A stretch of 64,000 nt of DNA from an uncultured Clostridia bacterium (GCA_944384845.1 CALWUZ010000212.1:567-64566), one strand, 5' to 3'; numbered from the stretch's first letter, positions 45,796 through 55,992 are shown. Numbers and translations are program-made. Notes: a model not told the origin generated them from the sequence alone.

Positions 45796-46689
45796 CTAAT
45801 CAGAATAAGAAACATACCGGTTTATAATTAAATAAACAAATGCGACTATTAAAATAACAATCAGCAAATATGCCCAGGCCATTGCGCTGCCGATTCCGAA
45901 ATCAAGGTTTGTAAAGCATTCTTCCTTCACTCTTGAAATAAGAGAGTTTGAAACGCTGGTAAACGAATCTATGATGCAGTAAATCGCCGAAACCAGTATC
46001 ATCGGGCTTACAATCGGCAGGCTTATTTTCCAAAACACTTCCCAACCTGTAGCCCCCTCTACATATGAGGCCTCATAGACCGATTTAGGCACCGACTGAA
46101 GCCCTGCCAGCATAATAATTATCGGTATAACAGACATTGCAAGAATATTATCAATGTTATCTACGGAGGAAGTAAGCAAATTGGTTAAGCCCTCGCTGAT
46201 GTTAAGCTGTTCAAGAAAGCCGGCAAATACTCCGGAAAACACAGCTGTATTTGCAGAGCCTTTCTGCTCTATATTGTCTCTTACAGCGTCGCTGTTTAAA
46301 ATCTGCATAACAATATTTGAATTCATTATCAAAGGAAGAAACAATATTGTTCTTGCAGCGCCTCTGCCCTTGAAATCACTGTTTAAAACGCTTGCCAGAA
46401 AAAAACTGAAAATGATTACAACCGGTACATTCAGCGCCGTATCCTTCAATGTGGAGACAAGAGTTCTGTTAAACGAAGCGTCAACCGTAAAAATCCATTT
46501 ATAGTTTTCTATGCCGACAAATGATATATCGTAACCTGCCGACGTGGCCTTGACATCGCCGAAACTGTAAACCAATGACAGTATTATGGGATAAACTATC
46601 GCGACAAGAGCGCCGAGAATAAACGGCGCTGTAAACAGATAGCCGTATTTCCGGCGCCTCGCCTGAAGCGAGGCTCTTTCTTTTTTCAC
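45796..46689 (-). CDS. Carbohydrate ABC transporter permease (MalF-type)
   Basis: GTG start with an AAGGGGTGA RBS. EAA loop VYEASYVEGATGWEVFWKISLP. Confidence 0.85.
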   Translation of the reverse strand: MKKERASLQARRRKYGYLFTAPFILGALVAIVYPIILSLVYSFGDVKATSAGYDISFVGIENYKWIFTVDASFNRTLVSTLKDTALNVPVVIIFSFFLASVLNSDFKGRGAARTILFLPLIMNSNIVMQILNSDAVRDNIEQKGSANTAVFSGVFAGFLEQLNISEGLTNLLTSSVDNIDNILAMSVIPIIIMLAGLQSVPKSVYEASYVEGATGWEVFWKISLPIVSPMILVSAIYCIIDSFTSVSNSLISRVKEECFTNLDFGIGSAMAWAYLLIVILIVAFVYLIINRYVSYSD

Positions 46690-46693
46690 ACTG

Positions 46694-49198
46694 TCACCCC
46701 TTTACAACAAGATAATCTCCTGCTGCTATCGTTATTTCTTCAATAATAGCCGGATTTTCTCCGAAATTAACAAAAACCTTAGCGCCGTTTTCAAAAACAG
46801 TTTCGCTTACTTCTCTTTCAATCCATCGAAAACCGCTTATCCGCTGGTCCGCAACACACGCAAAATCGTCACAGTATTGTTTTACGCTGTCGGCAATGGT
46901 ATTCTCCCACACATTGAATCCGGTGGAATAGAAGCTGTCATAGTCGCTTTTTATAACCTTTTCCGAATTTTCGGCGGTCAGTATAAAATAAAGTCCAGCA
47001 CCTGTCTGTGCAGAATTTAAAACTGCCCTTTGAATATCTCCCGACAGATTTACCGGTTTGCCTGAATAATTCACATAGCCTTTAAGCACCATCATCAGGA
47101 AAGGAACGGAATAATCAGTACAGTCATAGCCGTTTGAATCAAGAGGCAAATTCACGGCGCTCTTTATATACGGAAGAACATAAGCGTTTGCGCCGTTAGT
47201 CATAAGATCAGCTTTTCCCGAAAGCTTTTTTACTATATCGATAATTTCATTTTTCGCCTCGCACGCATCCACCGGTGAGTTCTCATTATAATCGGCATTC
47301 AGATCCGAACCGATATTCCGCAGTGAAAGTGAGCTCAGCTGATTCGACTCCGCATATTCTAAATAAGCATTTGCTTCTTTCCTCAAAGCGCCGGAATTAT
47401 TGACAATGCGTGTCACCTGAAATTGTTTTTGTACAAAAGACGCAGGATCAAAAGTAAATACCGTACCTACCGCCTTATTTATCATTCTTATTGCTGAAGA
47501 ATTGCCTGCAGACGCCGTGTACTGTATATCGGCATCGGGATAAAACGCAATATTGCTATCTTTAAAGCTTTCGGTTAATTCGTTGAAACCCTTGCTTCCT
47601 CCAAGCTTGCCTTCAGGTCTTAGTCCGGTAATCGAGCTGTGCGACAATCCTCCGCCAAACCATCCGCTCAGCCGTACATTTATATTGCTTATGCCTTTCT
47701 CCGTAATACATTTTGAAAGGTTATAAACCTGTTCAAAATCAGTCATTGCTATTGATTCGGTATACTGAACACCGAGCTTTTGTCCCTGCTTGCCTATCAT
47801 GCCGATAAATTCTATATTAAGCGGAACGGCTTCAGTTTTTTCTTTATCCTCAAAAATACGCTGCCGATAGAGCTCTGCCATCGCGTTATAATCCGAGTTT
47901 CCTTCCTGAAGAAAAGAATACCTTACAGAAAGGTCTCCGGAATAACGCCGCTTCTGCACCACAGTAGAAGCTTCTTTCCTTCCCGACGCAAGAACAGAGG
48001 TATATGTTTCTCTGAAATTAAAGTTAACGCCCGCATAAGGAACATCGGAGAAATCGCCCGGATAAGCTATTACCTCTGCAATACTGTCGCCTCCGGTTAT
48101 TTCCGCGAACATCGCCGCCCCGGAACGGTGCACCCCGTATACCGGAAGAGAGGCGTTCATAAAATTTGAGGTTTTCTCTCCGTTTGCAAGAGAATATCCG
48201 GTTCCGTATACCCGCACCTGATATTGATGACCGTTGCTCTTATTGTTATAAAAGTTCATTACCGAACCGCTTCCGTCCGGAAGAAGAAAATAACCGCTTT
48301 CTTCAGAAGCCGGCGACCCGAAATATTTCATAAGTGTCAGGTCAATGAGCGGAAAATCGGAATACATTTCAATTTTATCGTTCGGGATACTGACGATAAG
48401 GTCACTGCCGTCGAGAATGTATTCGACCGTAATATTAAATCCGGGTTCCGTAACCGTCGAATCATCGCCGTTAAAGCTTGATTTGTCTTGCTCATACATT
48501 TCCGGAGTATATCCGGCTAAGGTTAGTATTTCAGAAAATTCACTTCTGACATTATAGGATGTAAGCACCGAGTCATTTATTACATACATCGCCTTTTCTT
48601 TCAAAATCGGATACCGTTTGGTATAACCGCTTTCATCATCAGACGAATTTTCCTTTTTAGGATCATAAAAATAATAATAGTTCTGAAATTTCATCAAATC
48701 AAATTCATCGTCAAGATTCGAGCAAAGCTCTTCATAGCGTTCAGCCGAAATCACTTCAGGAATCAATATTTGCTCCGTAAAATTTCCTATGCTGTAATGA
48801 ACACTTAAAATGCTGTCTTCGCTTTCAACTCTGTACTGACCGTTCGCAACAGAATTTTGGAATGAATCGTATTTGCCTATCGTACCTGTAGACTCAAGAT
48901 AAGACAGTTCTATAACCGCTCTTGATGATTCATTTTTGCTCTCGCCGTTTGAAGAATTCCAAACGGAGCCGTCCTTTTTATTGACAACACGTATTTCTGT
49001 CGTGTCGGGATTCATATATAAATACAAATCATCATTTTCAAGATAAAGTTCGTAATCTTCCGATCCTATATCATTCCCGGCAGTGTTCTGACCGCATATG
49101 CTTGCCTGATTGATATTTTCTGATATTTCAGCGCCGCAGCCTGATAAAAAAACCGCCGCGCAAACAACAGAAGCCGTAATACAAACAGCCTTTTTCAT
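46694..49198 (-). CDS. Exported ~834-aa lipoprotein of unknown function (DUF5696-like); cassette copy B
   Basis: ATG at 49198 with a GGAGGG RBS gives MKKAVCITASVVCAAVFLSGC (lipobox). The longer track ORF would overlap the upstream gene. Paralog of 3676-6210. Confidence 0.6.
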   Translation of the reverse strand: MKKAVCITASVVCAAVFLSGCGAEISENINQASICGQNTAGNDIGSEDYELYLENDDLYLYMNPDTTEIRVVNKKDGSVWNSSNGESKNESSRAVIELSYLESTGTIGKYDSFQNSVANGQYRVESEDSILSVHYSIGNFTEQILIPEVISAERYEELCSNLDDEFDLMKFQNYYYFYDPKKENSSDDESGYTKRYPILKEKAMYVINDSVLTSYNVRSEFSEILTLAGYTPEMYEQDKSSFNGDDSTVTEPGFNITVEYILDGSDLIVSIPNDKIEMYSDFPLIDLTLMKYFGSPASEESGYFLLPDGSGSVMNFYNNKSNGHQYQVRVYGTGYSLANGEKTSNFMNASLPVYGVHRSGAAMFAEITGGDSIAEVIAYPGDFSDVPYAGVNFNFRETYTSVLASGRKEASTVVQKRRYSGDLSVRYSFLQEGNSDYNAMAELYRQRIFEDKEKTEAVPLNIEFIGMIGKQGQKLGVQYTESIAMTDFEQVYNLSKCITEKGISNINVRLSGWFGGGLSHSSITGLRPEGKLGGSKGFNELTESFKDSNIAFYPDADIQYTASAGNSSAIRMINKAVGTVFTFDPASFVQKQFQVTRIVNNSGALRKEANAYLEYAESNQLSSLSLRNIGSDLNADYNENSPVDACEAKNEIIDIVKKLSGKADLMTNGANAYVLPYIKSAVNLPLDSNGYDCTDYSVPFLMMVLKGYVNYSGKPVNLSGDIQRAVLNSAQTGAGLYFILTAENSEKVIKSDYDSFYSTGFNVWENTIADSVKQYCDDFACVADQRISGFRWIEREVSETVFENGAKVFVNFGENPAIIEEITIAAGDYLVVKG

Positions 49199-49209
49199 TT
49201 TTGCCCTCC

Positions 49210-51273
49210 TTATACGCGCAAGGTCACTTCGTTTACAAGGTCTTTTATAAAGGCAACAAGCTGTTGACACAGCGCAAATGCCAGCATACCGATAAAAACT
49301 ATCAAAAGAATGACGACCGCAATTACAATAATAACCAAAAAGGTTTTGCTAAGGGTATAATTATGCGTCTGCATAAGTCCTAAAATTATCAGCGCCGCGC
49401 TCCATATAAGCGCAAAAGCCGCCAGAATAAAATAAAAATCCCCTTCATCTATAAGCAGAACATTGCTTAAAAGCACGGCTATTATGTTTATGACAACATA
49501 CGGCCGTAAAGCATAGCAGGTAGCCACAAATATATCCGCAAATTTACCCTCACCGTTCATCAGAGAAGTAACAGACCACTGTGCGATGCACCATATCATT
49601 ACAGCCGCCGCCACAAAGACAATATTGCCGAGCATATTATAACTGTCAATATCGGTATAGTTGAATATAAATCCGGTGAAGAGACTTTTTGATACAAACA
49701 CTGCCGCGGCTGCCGCAAACCAAAAAGCAGCCATTTTCACCGAACCGCGCTTTTCACGCTTTAAATCCCAGAATCCGTCCAAAGGATGAAAGCATACATA
49801 AGATGAAAAATTGATTTTGCGCAGCAGAGAATTTTTGTCTGCCGCAGCAAGTCTTTTACGGTAAAGTCTTAAAAGCACCGCTGTGCCGGCACACAAAATC
49901 ACAGCGCCCGACAAAATAACAACCACATTGCTCTCAATCCATTCGCGCCTGACATATGAATACGCATTTGAATATTCCTCACGCGCCCCTGCCCGTTTAT
50001 AATAATTCATAGCAAGGCTCATATCCCGGTTTTTGTAAGCCGCGTCGCCCAGTCCGCACATTGCAAGAGTACAGTTCACGTTGCGCTCAATAACTTCATT
50101 CCAAAGCTCTGACTCCCGCTCAAAATCTATATCGGCTTTAGCCTCGGCTATTTCACTGAAAAGTCTGCCGTAATCACTGAGCGTAAAAACGCACACGGCA
50201 TTCTTACCGGTATCGCATATGTAAAACCTTCCGTCACTGTATGCCATCGCAGCGGCAACAGACATGCTTCCGCCGTATGTTCCGGGTCCCGAAAATGCGT
50301 AAAGCATCTCACTTTCATTATTGTAAACAAATACACGTGAGCGCTTCCGATCCAGTATGGCATAATTTCCGCCTTCCATTTCGCACAGATCCACTATTGC
50401 GGATGCACCGGTATATGTAATTCCGCCGCTTGTATTATCGCCGAAAAATTCGTTTTCATCATTAAGCACATCTGTTCCGTTGGCATTTAGCTTCCGCACC
50501 GCCTTTATATCCTTAGAGGTAGACTCGTTCGTGACATAAATAAAGCCTTCCCCGTCAATACAGAGATTTGAATATTCGGTAGGAACAACCGACTGAGTGC
50601 GCTCCTGCTGTTCCTTTGTTGAGAATTTGCGCCATATCTGCTCTGCAATAGAAAGATTTACCTTAGGCGCACCCACAGATTTTAAATATACGTTATTTTC
50701 GTCGAACTGCATCAGTCCCATATTATAGCCATCGGAAATCACAAAAATTCGTCCGTATGAATCTGCCGCAAGCTTTACAGGCTTGAAAGTAAAATCTTCG
50801 GGCAGCGACTCATCCTCCGGCGCAGTTATTTCCAGCAGAAATTCTCCTTCAAGAGATAGCTTTACAATCCTTGAGTTGCCTGTATCCGCAATGTACAGTG
50901 CGTCATTTGCGACACATATACCTGACGGTTCCAAAAAGGTTTCAAGCTTTCCCGCGCGCTCAAATGAATCTATTGCTTCGGCGGACCTGAACTCAGGATC
51001 TGTCACTACAATACGATTGTTTTTTGTATCGGCTATATAAATTCTGTCTCCGCTGATAAAAATATCGCTCGGCGAAGAAAAATTACCGATTGCAAATTCA
51101 CTTCCGTAAAAAGTTCCGGAAGGAAGCGCACCCTCAGGAGACGGCGCCGTTTCACCCTCGGCATTGTAACTGTAGCTGTAAAAAACAGCCGCATCAGCCG
51201 AAATGCCGAATAAAGACAACAGCAGAAGCATCAAAGCTGCCGAACGTCTGATCTTTTTTAGAAAACCAAGCAT
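49210..51273 (-). CDS. Signal peptide + NHL-repeat propeller + TM + C-terminal Yip1-type domain; cassette copy B
   Basis: NHL repeats (FSSPSDIFISGDRIYIADTKNNRIVVTD; FLEPSGICVANDALYIADTGNSRIVKLS). TM VVVILSGAVILCAGTAVLL. Then HPLDGFWDLKREKRG and five hydrophobic spans. The C-terminus ...QQLVAFIKDLVNEVTLRV parallels copy A. Confidence 0.75.
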   Translation of the reverse strand: MLGFLKKIRRSAALMLLLLSLFGISADAAVFYSYSYNAEGETAPSPEGALPSGTFYGSEFAIGNFSSPSDIFISGDRIYIADTKNNRIVVTDPEFRSAEAIDSFERAGKLETFLEPSGICVANDALYIADTGNSRIVKLSLEGEFLLEITAPEDESLPEDFTFKPVKLAADSYGRIFVISDGYNMGLMQFDENNVYLKSVGAPKVNLSIAEQIWRKFSTKEQQERTQSVVPTEYSNLCIDGEGFIYVTNESTSKDIKAVRKLNANGTDVLNDENEFFGDNTSGGITYTGASAIVDLCEMEGGNYAILDRKRSRVFVYNNESEMLYAFSGPGTYGGSMSVAAAMAYSDGRFYICDTGKNAVCVFTLSDYGRLFSEIAEAKADIDFERESELWNEVIERNVNCTLAMCGLGDAAYKNRDMSLAMNYYKRAGAREEYSNAYSYVRREWIESNVVVILSGAVILCAGTAVLLRLYRKRLAAADKNSLLRKINFSSYVCFHPLDGFWDLKREKRGSVKMAAFWFAAAAAVFVSKSLFTGFIFNYTDIDSYNMLGNIVFVAAAVMIWCIAQWSVTSLMNGEGKFADIFVATCYALRPYVVINIIAVLLSNVLLIDEGDFYFILAAFALIWSAALIILGLMQTHNYTLSKTFLVIIVIAVVILLIVFIGMLAFALCQQLVAFIKDLVNEVTLRV

Positions 51274-51289
51274 TGCCCTTCCCCCGACA

Positions 51290-52159
51290 TTATTCTTTGA
51301 TGCCAGACGACATCATAGTTTCCATTACATTACTTTGTGTTATGATAAATATTATAATTGGCACAATCATCATAAGCATTGATATAGCCGCGCTTTCACC
51401 GGTTCTTGAAATACCTGCCGATACCGCCTGCGACATCGCGTAAGGAAGAGTTTTTAGCTGTTCGCTGTAAATCGTTCCGCTTGCCGTTGTACCCCAGAGG
51501 CTTTGAAAAGAAAAAATTATAAGCGTAAGCCATGCGGATTTTACCGAAGGCATTACAATAGTCCAGAAAATTCGCTGCTCCCCCGCACCGTCAACGCGCG
51601 CCGCTTCAAGTATTGTATCGGGCACGTTGACCATAAACTGCTTCATAAGAAAAACATTAAAAGACGAGCCGAATGTAGGCAAAAAAATTGACCAATATGT
51701 GTCAATAACTCCTATTCTTGACATAATCAGATAATTAGGAATGGCCGTAACCGCCGTTGTAAACATCATAGCTGTAACAACCATATTAAACATAAAGTTT
51801 TTTCCCTTGAACTTTTTCTTTTCAAGCACGTAACCCGCCGCCGAGGCGACAAATATCGAGCCGGCAGTGCCCACAACAGTTATAAGAATTGTATTTGACA
51901 CATAACGGGTAAAAGGAACCATCGTCTCGCTGAACAAAGCTGAAATTCCCTTAAAATTATTTAAAGTAGGGTTACGTACAAAAAAGCGAGGCGGGAATAC
52001 GAAAAGCTCGTCAAGCGGTTTAAACGCGTTGCTTATCACATAAACCATCGGCAATATCATAACCGAAGCAAGCAAACATAAAAACACAAAATTTGCTGTC
52101 CGGCCAGCAAAGGATCTCCCCGCGCGCGGTTTAATTACCCGCAGTTTTATATGCTTCAT
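51290..52159 (-). CDS. Carbohydrate ABC transporter permease (MalG/LplC-type); cassette copy B
   Basis: EAA loop ILEAARVDGAGEQRIFWTIVMP. The C-terminal QSNVMETMMSSGIKE matches the copy A tail QSNVMQTMSSSGIKD. Confidence 0.85.
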   Translation of the reverse strand: MKHIKLRVIKPRAGRSFAGRTANFVFLCLLASVMILPMVYVISNAFKPLDELFVFPPRFFVRNPTLNNFKGISALFSETMVPFTRYVSNTILITVVGTAGSIFVASAAGYVLEKKKFKGKNFMFNMVVTAMMFTTAVTAIPNYLIMSRIGVIDTYWSIFLPTFGSSFNVFLMKQFMVNVPDTILEAARVDGAGEQRIFWTIVMPSVKSAWLTLIIFSFQSLWGTTASGTIYSEQLKTLPYAMSQAVSAGISRTGESAAISMLMMIVPIIIFIITQSNVMETMMSSGIKE

Positions 52160-52180
52160 CTGCTCTGCACCCTAATCTTT

Positions 52181-53092
52181 CTATTTTCCTACTCCCGAAA
52201 TTACGGACTGAACCAGCTTATTCGTACCGACCATAACTATAAAAAGAATTGTCGCAATCGCGCTGGCGTAGCCCATTTCAAATTTAGTGCTGCCGTAGTC
52301 GTTAAGATGGTTTATTATTGTGTGCGCGGCATAATCCGTGCTCGGAAAACCGCACAGCGCGGTTGTTACATCTCCGACGCCGAACGACGAGGTAATGCTC
52401 ATTACCGCTCCGAACATCAGCTGCGGCTTCATCGACGGAAGCGTAACATACCAAAGCTCCTGCCATCGGTTGCGTATCCCCTCAATATATCCGACCTCAT
52501 AATATGTGCGGTCAATATTTCTCAGCCCGGCAACAAATGAAAGAAATCCCGCTCCGAGACTCATCCAGATAACAACCGCAATAACAAGCGGCAGCATATA
52601 CTTTGGATCGGTAAACCACTGTATCGGCTGATCTATAATATTGAGATACATCAGCAGTGAATTGGCATAACCGTGAGCATCACCGCTGAACATTATCTGC
52701 CATATCATATAAACTCCGCCCGAAATTGACGGAGCGTAAAAAAACAGCACCATTACCGGTCTTATTTTCGGGTTAAGATCATTAATGAACCAGGCTATAA
52801 AAAGCGAGGCAAAATATCCGACAGGTCCTGTGATGACCGCGATAATAAACGTATTTTTTACAGCCATCAAAAATTCATCGTCACCGAACAGCAAATCAAG
52901 ATAATTCTGAAAAAAAACAATTTTGGGCATTTGGAAAACATTATAATCCGTAAAAGAAAGAATCATTGAAATAAGGACCGGAAGAATTGTAAATACGAAA
53001 AAAAGTATGATAAACGGCGCAAGATAGCACACAGAAAAAATACGGTCTTTAGTGCGCCATCCGGCATTAGAATATTTTTTGAATAATTTCAT
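52181..53092 (-). CDS. Carbohydrate ABC transporter permease (MalF/LplB-type); cassette copy B
   Basis: ATG at 53092 with a GGAG RBS. EAA loop YYEVGYIEGIRNRWQELWYVTLPSM. Paralog of 9230-10123. Confidence 0.85.
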   Translation of the reverse strand: MKLFKKYSNAGWRTKDRIFSVCYLAPFIILFFVFTILPVLISMILSFTDYNVFQMPKIVFFQNYLDLLFGDDEFLMAVKNTFIIAVITGPVGYFASLFIAWFINDLNPKIRPVMVLFFYAPSISGGVYMIWQIMFSGDAHGYANSLLMYLNIIDQPIQWFTDPKYMLPLVIAVVIWMSLGAGFLSFVAGLRNIDRTYYEVGYIEGIRNRWQELWYVTLPSMKPQLMFGAVMSITSSFGVGDVTTALCGFPSTDYAAHTIINHLNDYGSTKFEMGYASAIATILFIVMVGTNKLVQSVISGVGK

Positions 53093-53199
53093 AAATAATC
53101 TCCATTCTGCCGCTGAAAAAAGCAGCATAAACAGGTACGGAAAAACATATAAAGCGCAATTTATAATAAAAATTTATATTATTGCTAATCCGGAGCTTT

Positions 53200-55992
53200 T
53201 TATTCTCTTGTTTCAAGCCCGAATTCCAGGCGCTTTTTGGTAAGCTCGCTGTTGATTTCATATGTATATTCATACATAGCGTCAGTCGGGGACATTCCGT
53301 GGTAGACTACGTTTCTGAAAGCGTTATCCAAATTTCTTGAAAGATAATATCCTCCCGGTACCGGCTCTACTGCCGAGAGCTGGCGCTTCTGCTCAATAAT
53401 CACGTCTTTCTGGTCAGAGGTCCAGTTACTGTTTTCAAAAGCTTCCTTATTTGCGGAATTATAGCGCGAGGACTTGCCGAGAATACTTTCTATTTCATCC
53501 GCAAAAGAAATCTGGGCTTCAGCTCCCGTCCACCATTTCAAAAATTCCCATGCCTCAGCAGGATATTTCGTATCTGCAAGTATCATTGCGGCGCCTACTG
53601 CTGCAAGTGACGTTCTGTCAACCGTACCGTCTTCCCTTTCCATACCGGGTACGGGCGCCATACTCCAAAGCCCGTTAATTTCCGGAGCCGCAACCTGTAT
53701 GTTATTAAACATACCATAGTTAGCTATTCCTATAGGCATTTCACCGCTCCGGAAACGGTTAAGAAAATCAAACGAAATCGGAAAACCGTAGTTTACAAAT
53801 AGATTTGTAAATTTTGTAAATACGGAAATAGCCTTAACGGTGTCGAGAAGGCTGTATTTGCCTCCCTCGGCATATATTTCACCGCCCGACTGTTTTAACA
53901 TCATCAGATATGTATTGGAATCCGAAGGAACGCCTATCTGCATATTATTGTTTGCGAGCACTGTGGAAATTTCTATAAGCTCATCCCACGTTTGCGGCAC
54001 TTTTATTCCTAATTCTTCAAAAATATCGGTGCGGTAAAACATCATATTAAAGCTTACCGTTTCAGGTAATCCGTACAAATTCCCGAGATACCGCATAGTA
54101 ATAAGCGAAGCTTCGTCAAATCTTGCAGCAACCTCCTCCGCATCGTCAAATTCGGAAAGAGGATATGCCGCTCCGCGCATTGCAAAATTAAATACATCCG
54201 GGCTTGATTGTACAACAAGATCCGGTCCTATTCCCGCAACAGTTGCCGGAAGCAAGGAGTTAGTGACATTTTTAACAGAAACTGATATACCGCTTTGCGG
54301 CGTGAAGGACTTCGCCGCAAGGTCTCTGACAATCTGAGCCTGCTCCCTGCCGGCGCTTACCCATACCGTAAGAGTTTTTTTCTCACCGGCTGTCTTCGAC
54401 CCGATAAGCTCATAATCCGTAACATAAGACGCAAGGTACTCCTTTACGGAAAACAGAAGCTGCTTGAAAAAACCCGTTCCCGCCTTTGGAAGCTTCTCTT
54501 TGTCATTCCCGAAAGTAAAGCTGTCAATTTCAAGGGGCTGCTCTCCCGCGTCTGAAATCCAGGTGCTTAAGGAGCCTATATTCGTTTTAAAATAAGAAAA
54601 CTCTTTCGGTATTTCGTCCGGATTAGAATACATATTGTTAAGCTGTCTTATAAAACTGCGTATAAGAGCCGCTCCGGAATTACCCCTTCCGCAGTATTCC
54701 TCAATATAATCTGCGCAGACCTCAAGCCGCTCGGCATAGGTTTTCAATGCTGCTATCTGCTCCGGATGCAACACATCAAGCCTGTAATCACGAAACAAGT
54801 CCGGCGATGAGCCGAGTACGGTCAAAAACTCCCGATAAATGAGATTAAAGCCGTCAATACAATCCAAAAGCACTCGCAGCACTCTGTCCATTTTTCCGTA
54901 AGTATTCTGAAGCTTGATCTGATTCCTGCCCTCTGTAAAATAGAAGAGGAAATCAGTCTCACCGCCTAAGGTTGCCGCCTGCCATGAGCTGTCATAGCCG
55001 AATGAAAGCTCTGCCGCTTCTTTAAAAGGTATGTTGTTGTTAATATACAGCACTCTTGCCGACGACTGTCCGGGAGCCGTGTTCTGACGAAAACGCAGGC
55101 TTATCCTGTAAAGCCCCGATTTCTTTATATCCACCTCCCAGACAAAATACTGACCTGCACTGCTCCAGCGGCTGCCTCCGACAGTATTAAGCCTTATTTT
55201 GCCCGCCTTGGAGGGACTTGTCGCTGCAGAGGTACGATCCGCAACGGGGAAAAGAGTTGTCGAGGATTTCAATTCATAATCTTCCGCTTCGAGAACCAAG
55301 GTTTCAGCACCTTCTGAAATCCCTTCGCTTTTATAAAGCTCAAGCTGTTCGGAATAACTCCGCACATTCCCCGCCGGCTGTAAAATTATACTTTCAACTT
55401 CAGCCGTTCCGCCCAGCGCTGTCAGCGTCAGTGTATTTACTCCTTTATTCAAATTCACCGAAAGCGGTTCGCTGTAGCTGTAAGTATAATCATATGCATA
55501 ATTTGTTGCGGGCTTTGTGCTTACCGCATGCTCCGGACGTATTTCATTGCCGTATATATCAAGTTCCGGCTTACTCAGGTCATAATACTCACATTCAAGA
55601 ACAAACGAAGACAGCTCAATATACTGTGTTTCACCGTTTACAAGCAGTCCGAACTCGGCCTGCTCACGATTGCCTGAGGTGTTCACATAAGTGAACTTAA
55701 GATAATATCTGCCGTCCTGAGGCGATAAAACCTCCCAGTCGGTGCGAGGCAAGCCGTCGCTTCCCTTGTATTGAGAAAGATTTACCGCGTTCAATTCCGG
55801 ACCTTCGGCAGGCGGATATGCTTTATGGTCCAGAAAATAAGCGTAACTGTCCGGAGAGGCACTGACCCGCTCTATTTCATAAAGTTCTTCAGATATATTC
55901 TGAGCAGTATATGAATCGGCAGCGGCGGTCTGCATAATTACCGCCGACGCAATAATACAAAAACTCATAAAAAAAGATATGAACTTACACAT
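53200..55992 (-). CDS. Giant (930 aa) secreted solute-binding protein with two N-terminal beta-sandwich (CBM-like) domains; cassette copy B
   Basis: GGGAGG RBS and signal peptide ...IMQTAAAD. It is colinear with 10123-12930 (e.g. LEAEDYELKSS...RWSSAGQYFVWEVDIKKSGLYRISLRF; the C-terminal SBP body ends ...ELTKKRLEFGLETRE vs ...ELTKKRREFGLETDS). Confidence 0.75.
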   Translation of the reverse strand: MCKFISFFMSFCIIASAVIMQTAAADSYTAQNISEELYEIERVSASPDSYAYFLDHKAYPPAEGPELNAVNLSQYKGSDGLPRTDWEVLSPQDGRYYLKFTYVNTSGNREQAEFGLLVNGETQYIELSSFVLECEYYDLSKPELDIYGNEIRPEHAVSTKPATNYAYDYTYSYSEPLSVNLNKGVNTLTLTALGGTAEVESIILQPAGNVRSYSEQLELYKSEGISEGAETLVLEAEDYELKSSTTLFPVADRTSAATSPSKAGKIRLNTVGGSRWSSAGQYFVWEVDIKKSGLYRISLRFRQNTAPGQSSARVLYINNNIPFKEAAELSFGYDSSWQAATLGGETDFLFYFTEGRNQIKLQNTYGKMDRVLRVLLDCIDGFNLIYREFLTVLGSSPDLFRDYRLDVLHPEQIAALKTYAERLEVCADYIEEYCGRGNSGAALIRSFIRQLNNMYSNPDEIPKEFSYFKTNIGSLSTWISDAGEQPLEIDSFTFGNDKEKLPKAGTGFFKQLLFSVKEYLASYVTDYELIGSKTAGEKKTLTVWVSAGREQAQIVRDLAAKSFTPQSGISVSVKNVTNSLLPATVAGIGPDLVVQSSPDVFNFAMRGAAYPLSEFDDAEEVAARFDEASLITMRYLGNLYGLPETVSFNMMFYRTDIFEELGIKVPQTWDELIEISTVLANNNMQIGVPSDSNTYLMMLKQSGGEIYAEGGKYSLLDTVKAISVFTKFTNLFVNYGFPISFDFLNRFRSGEMPIGIANYGMFNNIQVAAPEINGLWSMAPVPGMEREDGTVDRTSLAAVGAAMILADTKYPAEAWEFLKWWTGAEAQISFADEIESILGKSSRYNSANKEAFENSNWTSDQKDVIIEQKRQLSAVEPVPGGYYLSRNLDNAFRNVVYHGMSPTDAMYEYTYEINSELTKKRLEFGLETRE

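Noticed and set aside
46694-55992. The idea that the two cassettes are a recent segmental duplication
   Set aside because: Protein similarity is only around half identical in the best-conserved permeases by eye, and lower in the SBP, Yip1 and DUF5696-like pairs. Nucleotide composition differs, and there is no nucleotide-level repeat. These are old paralogs or independently acquired copies.
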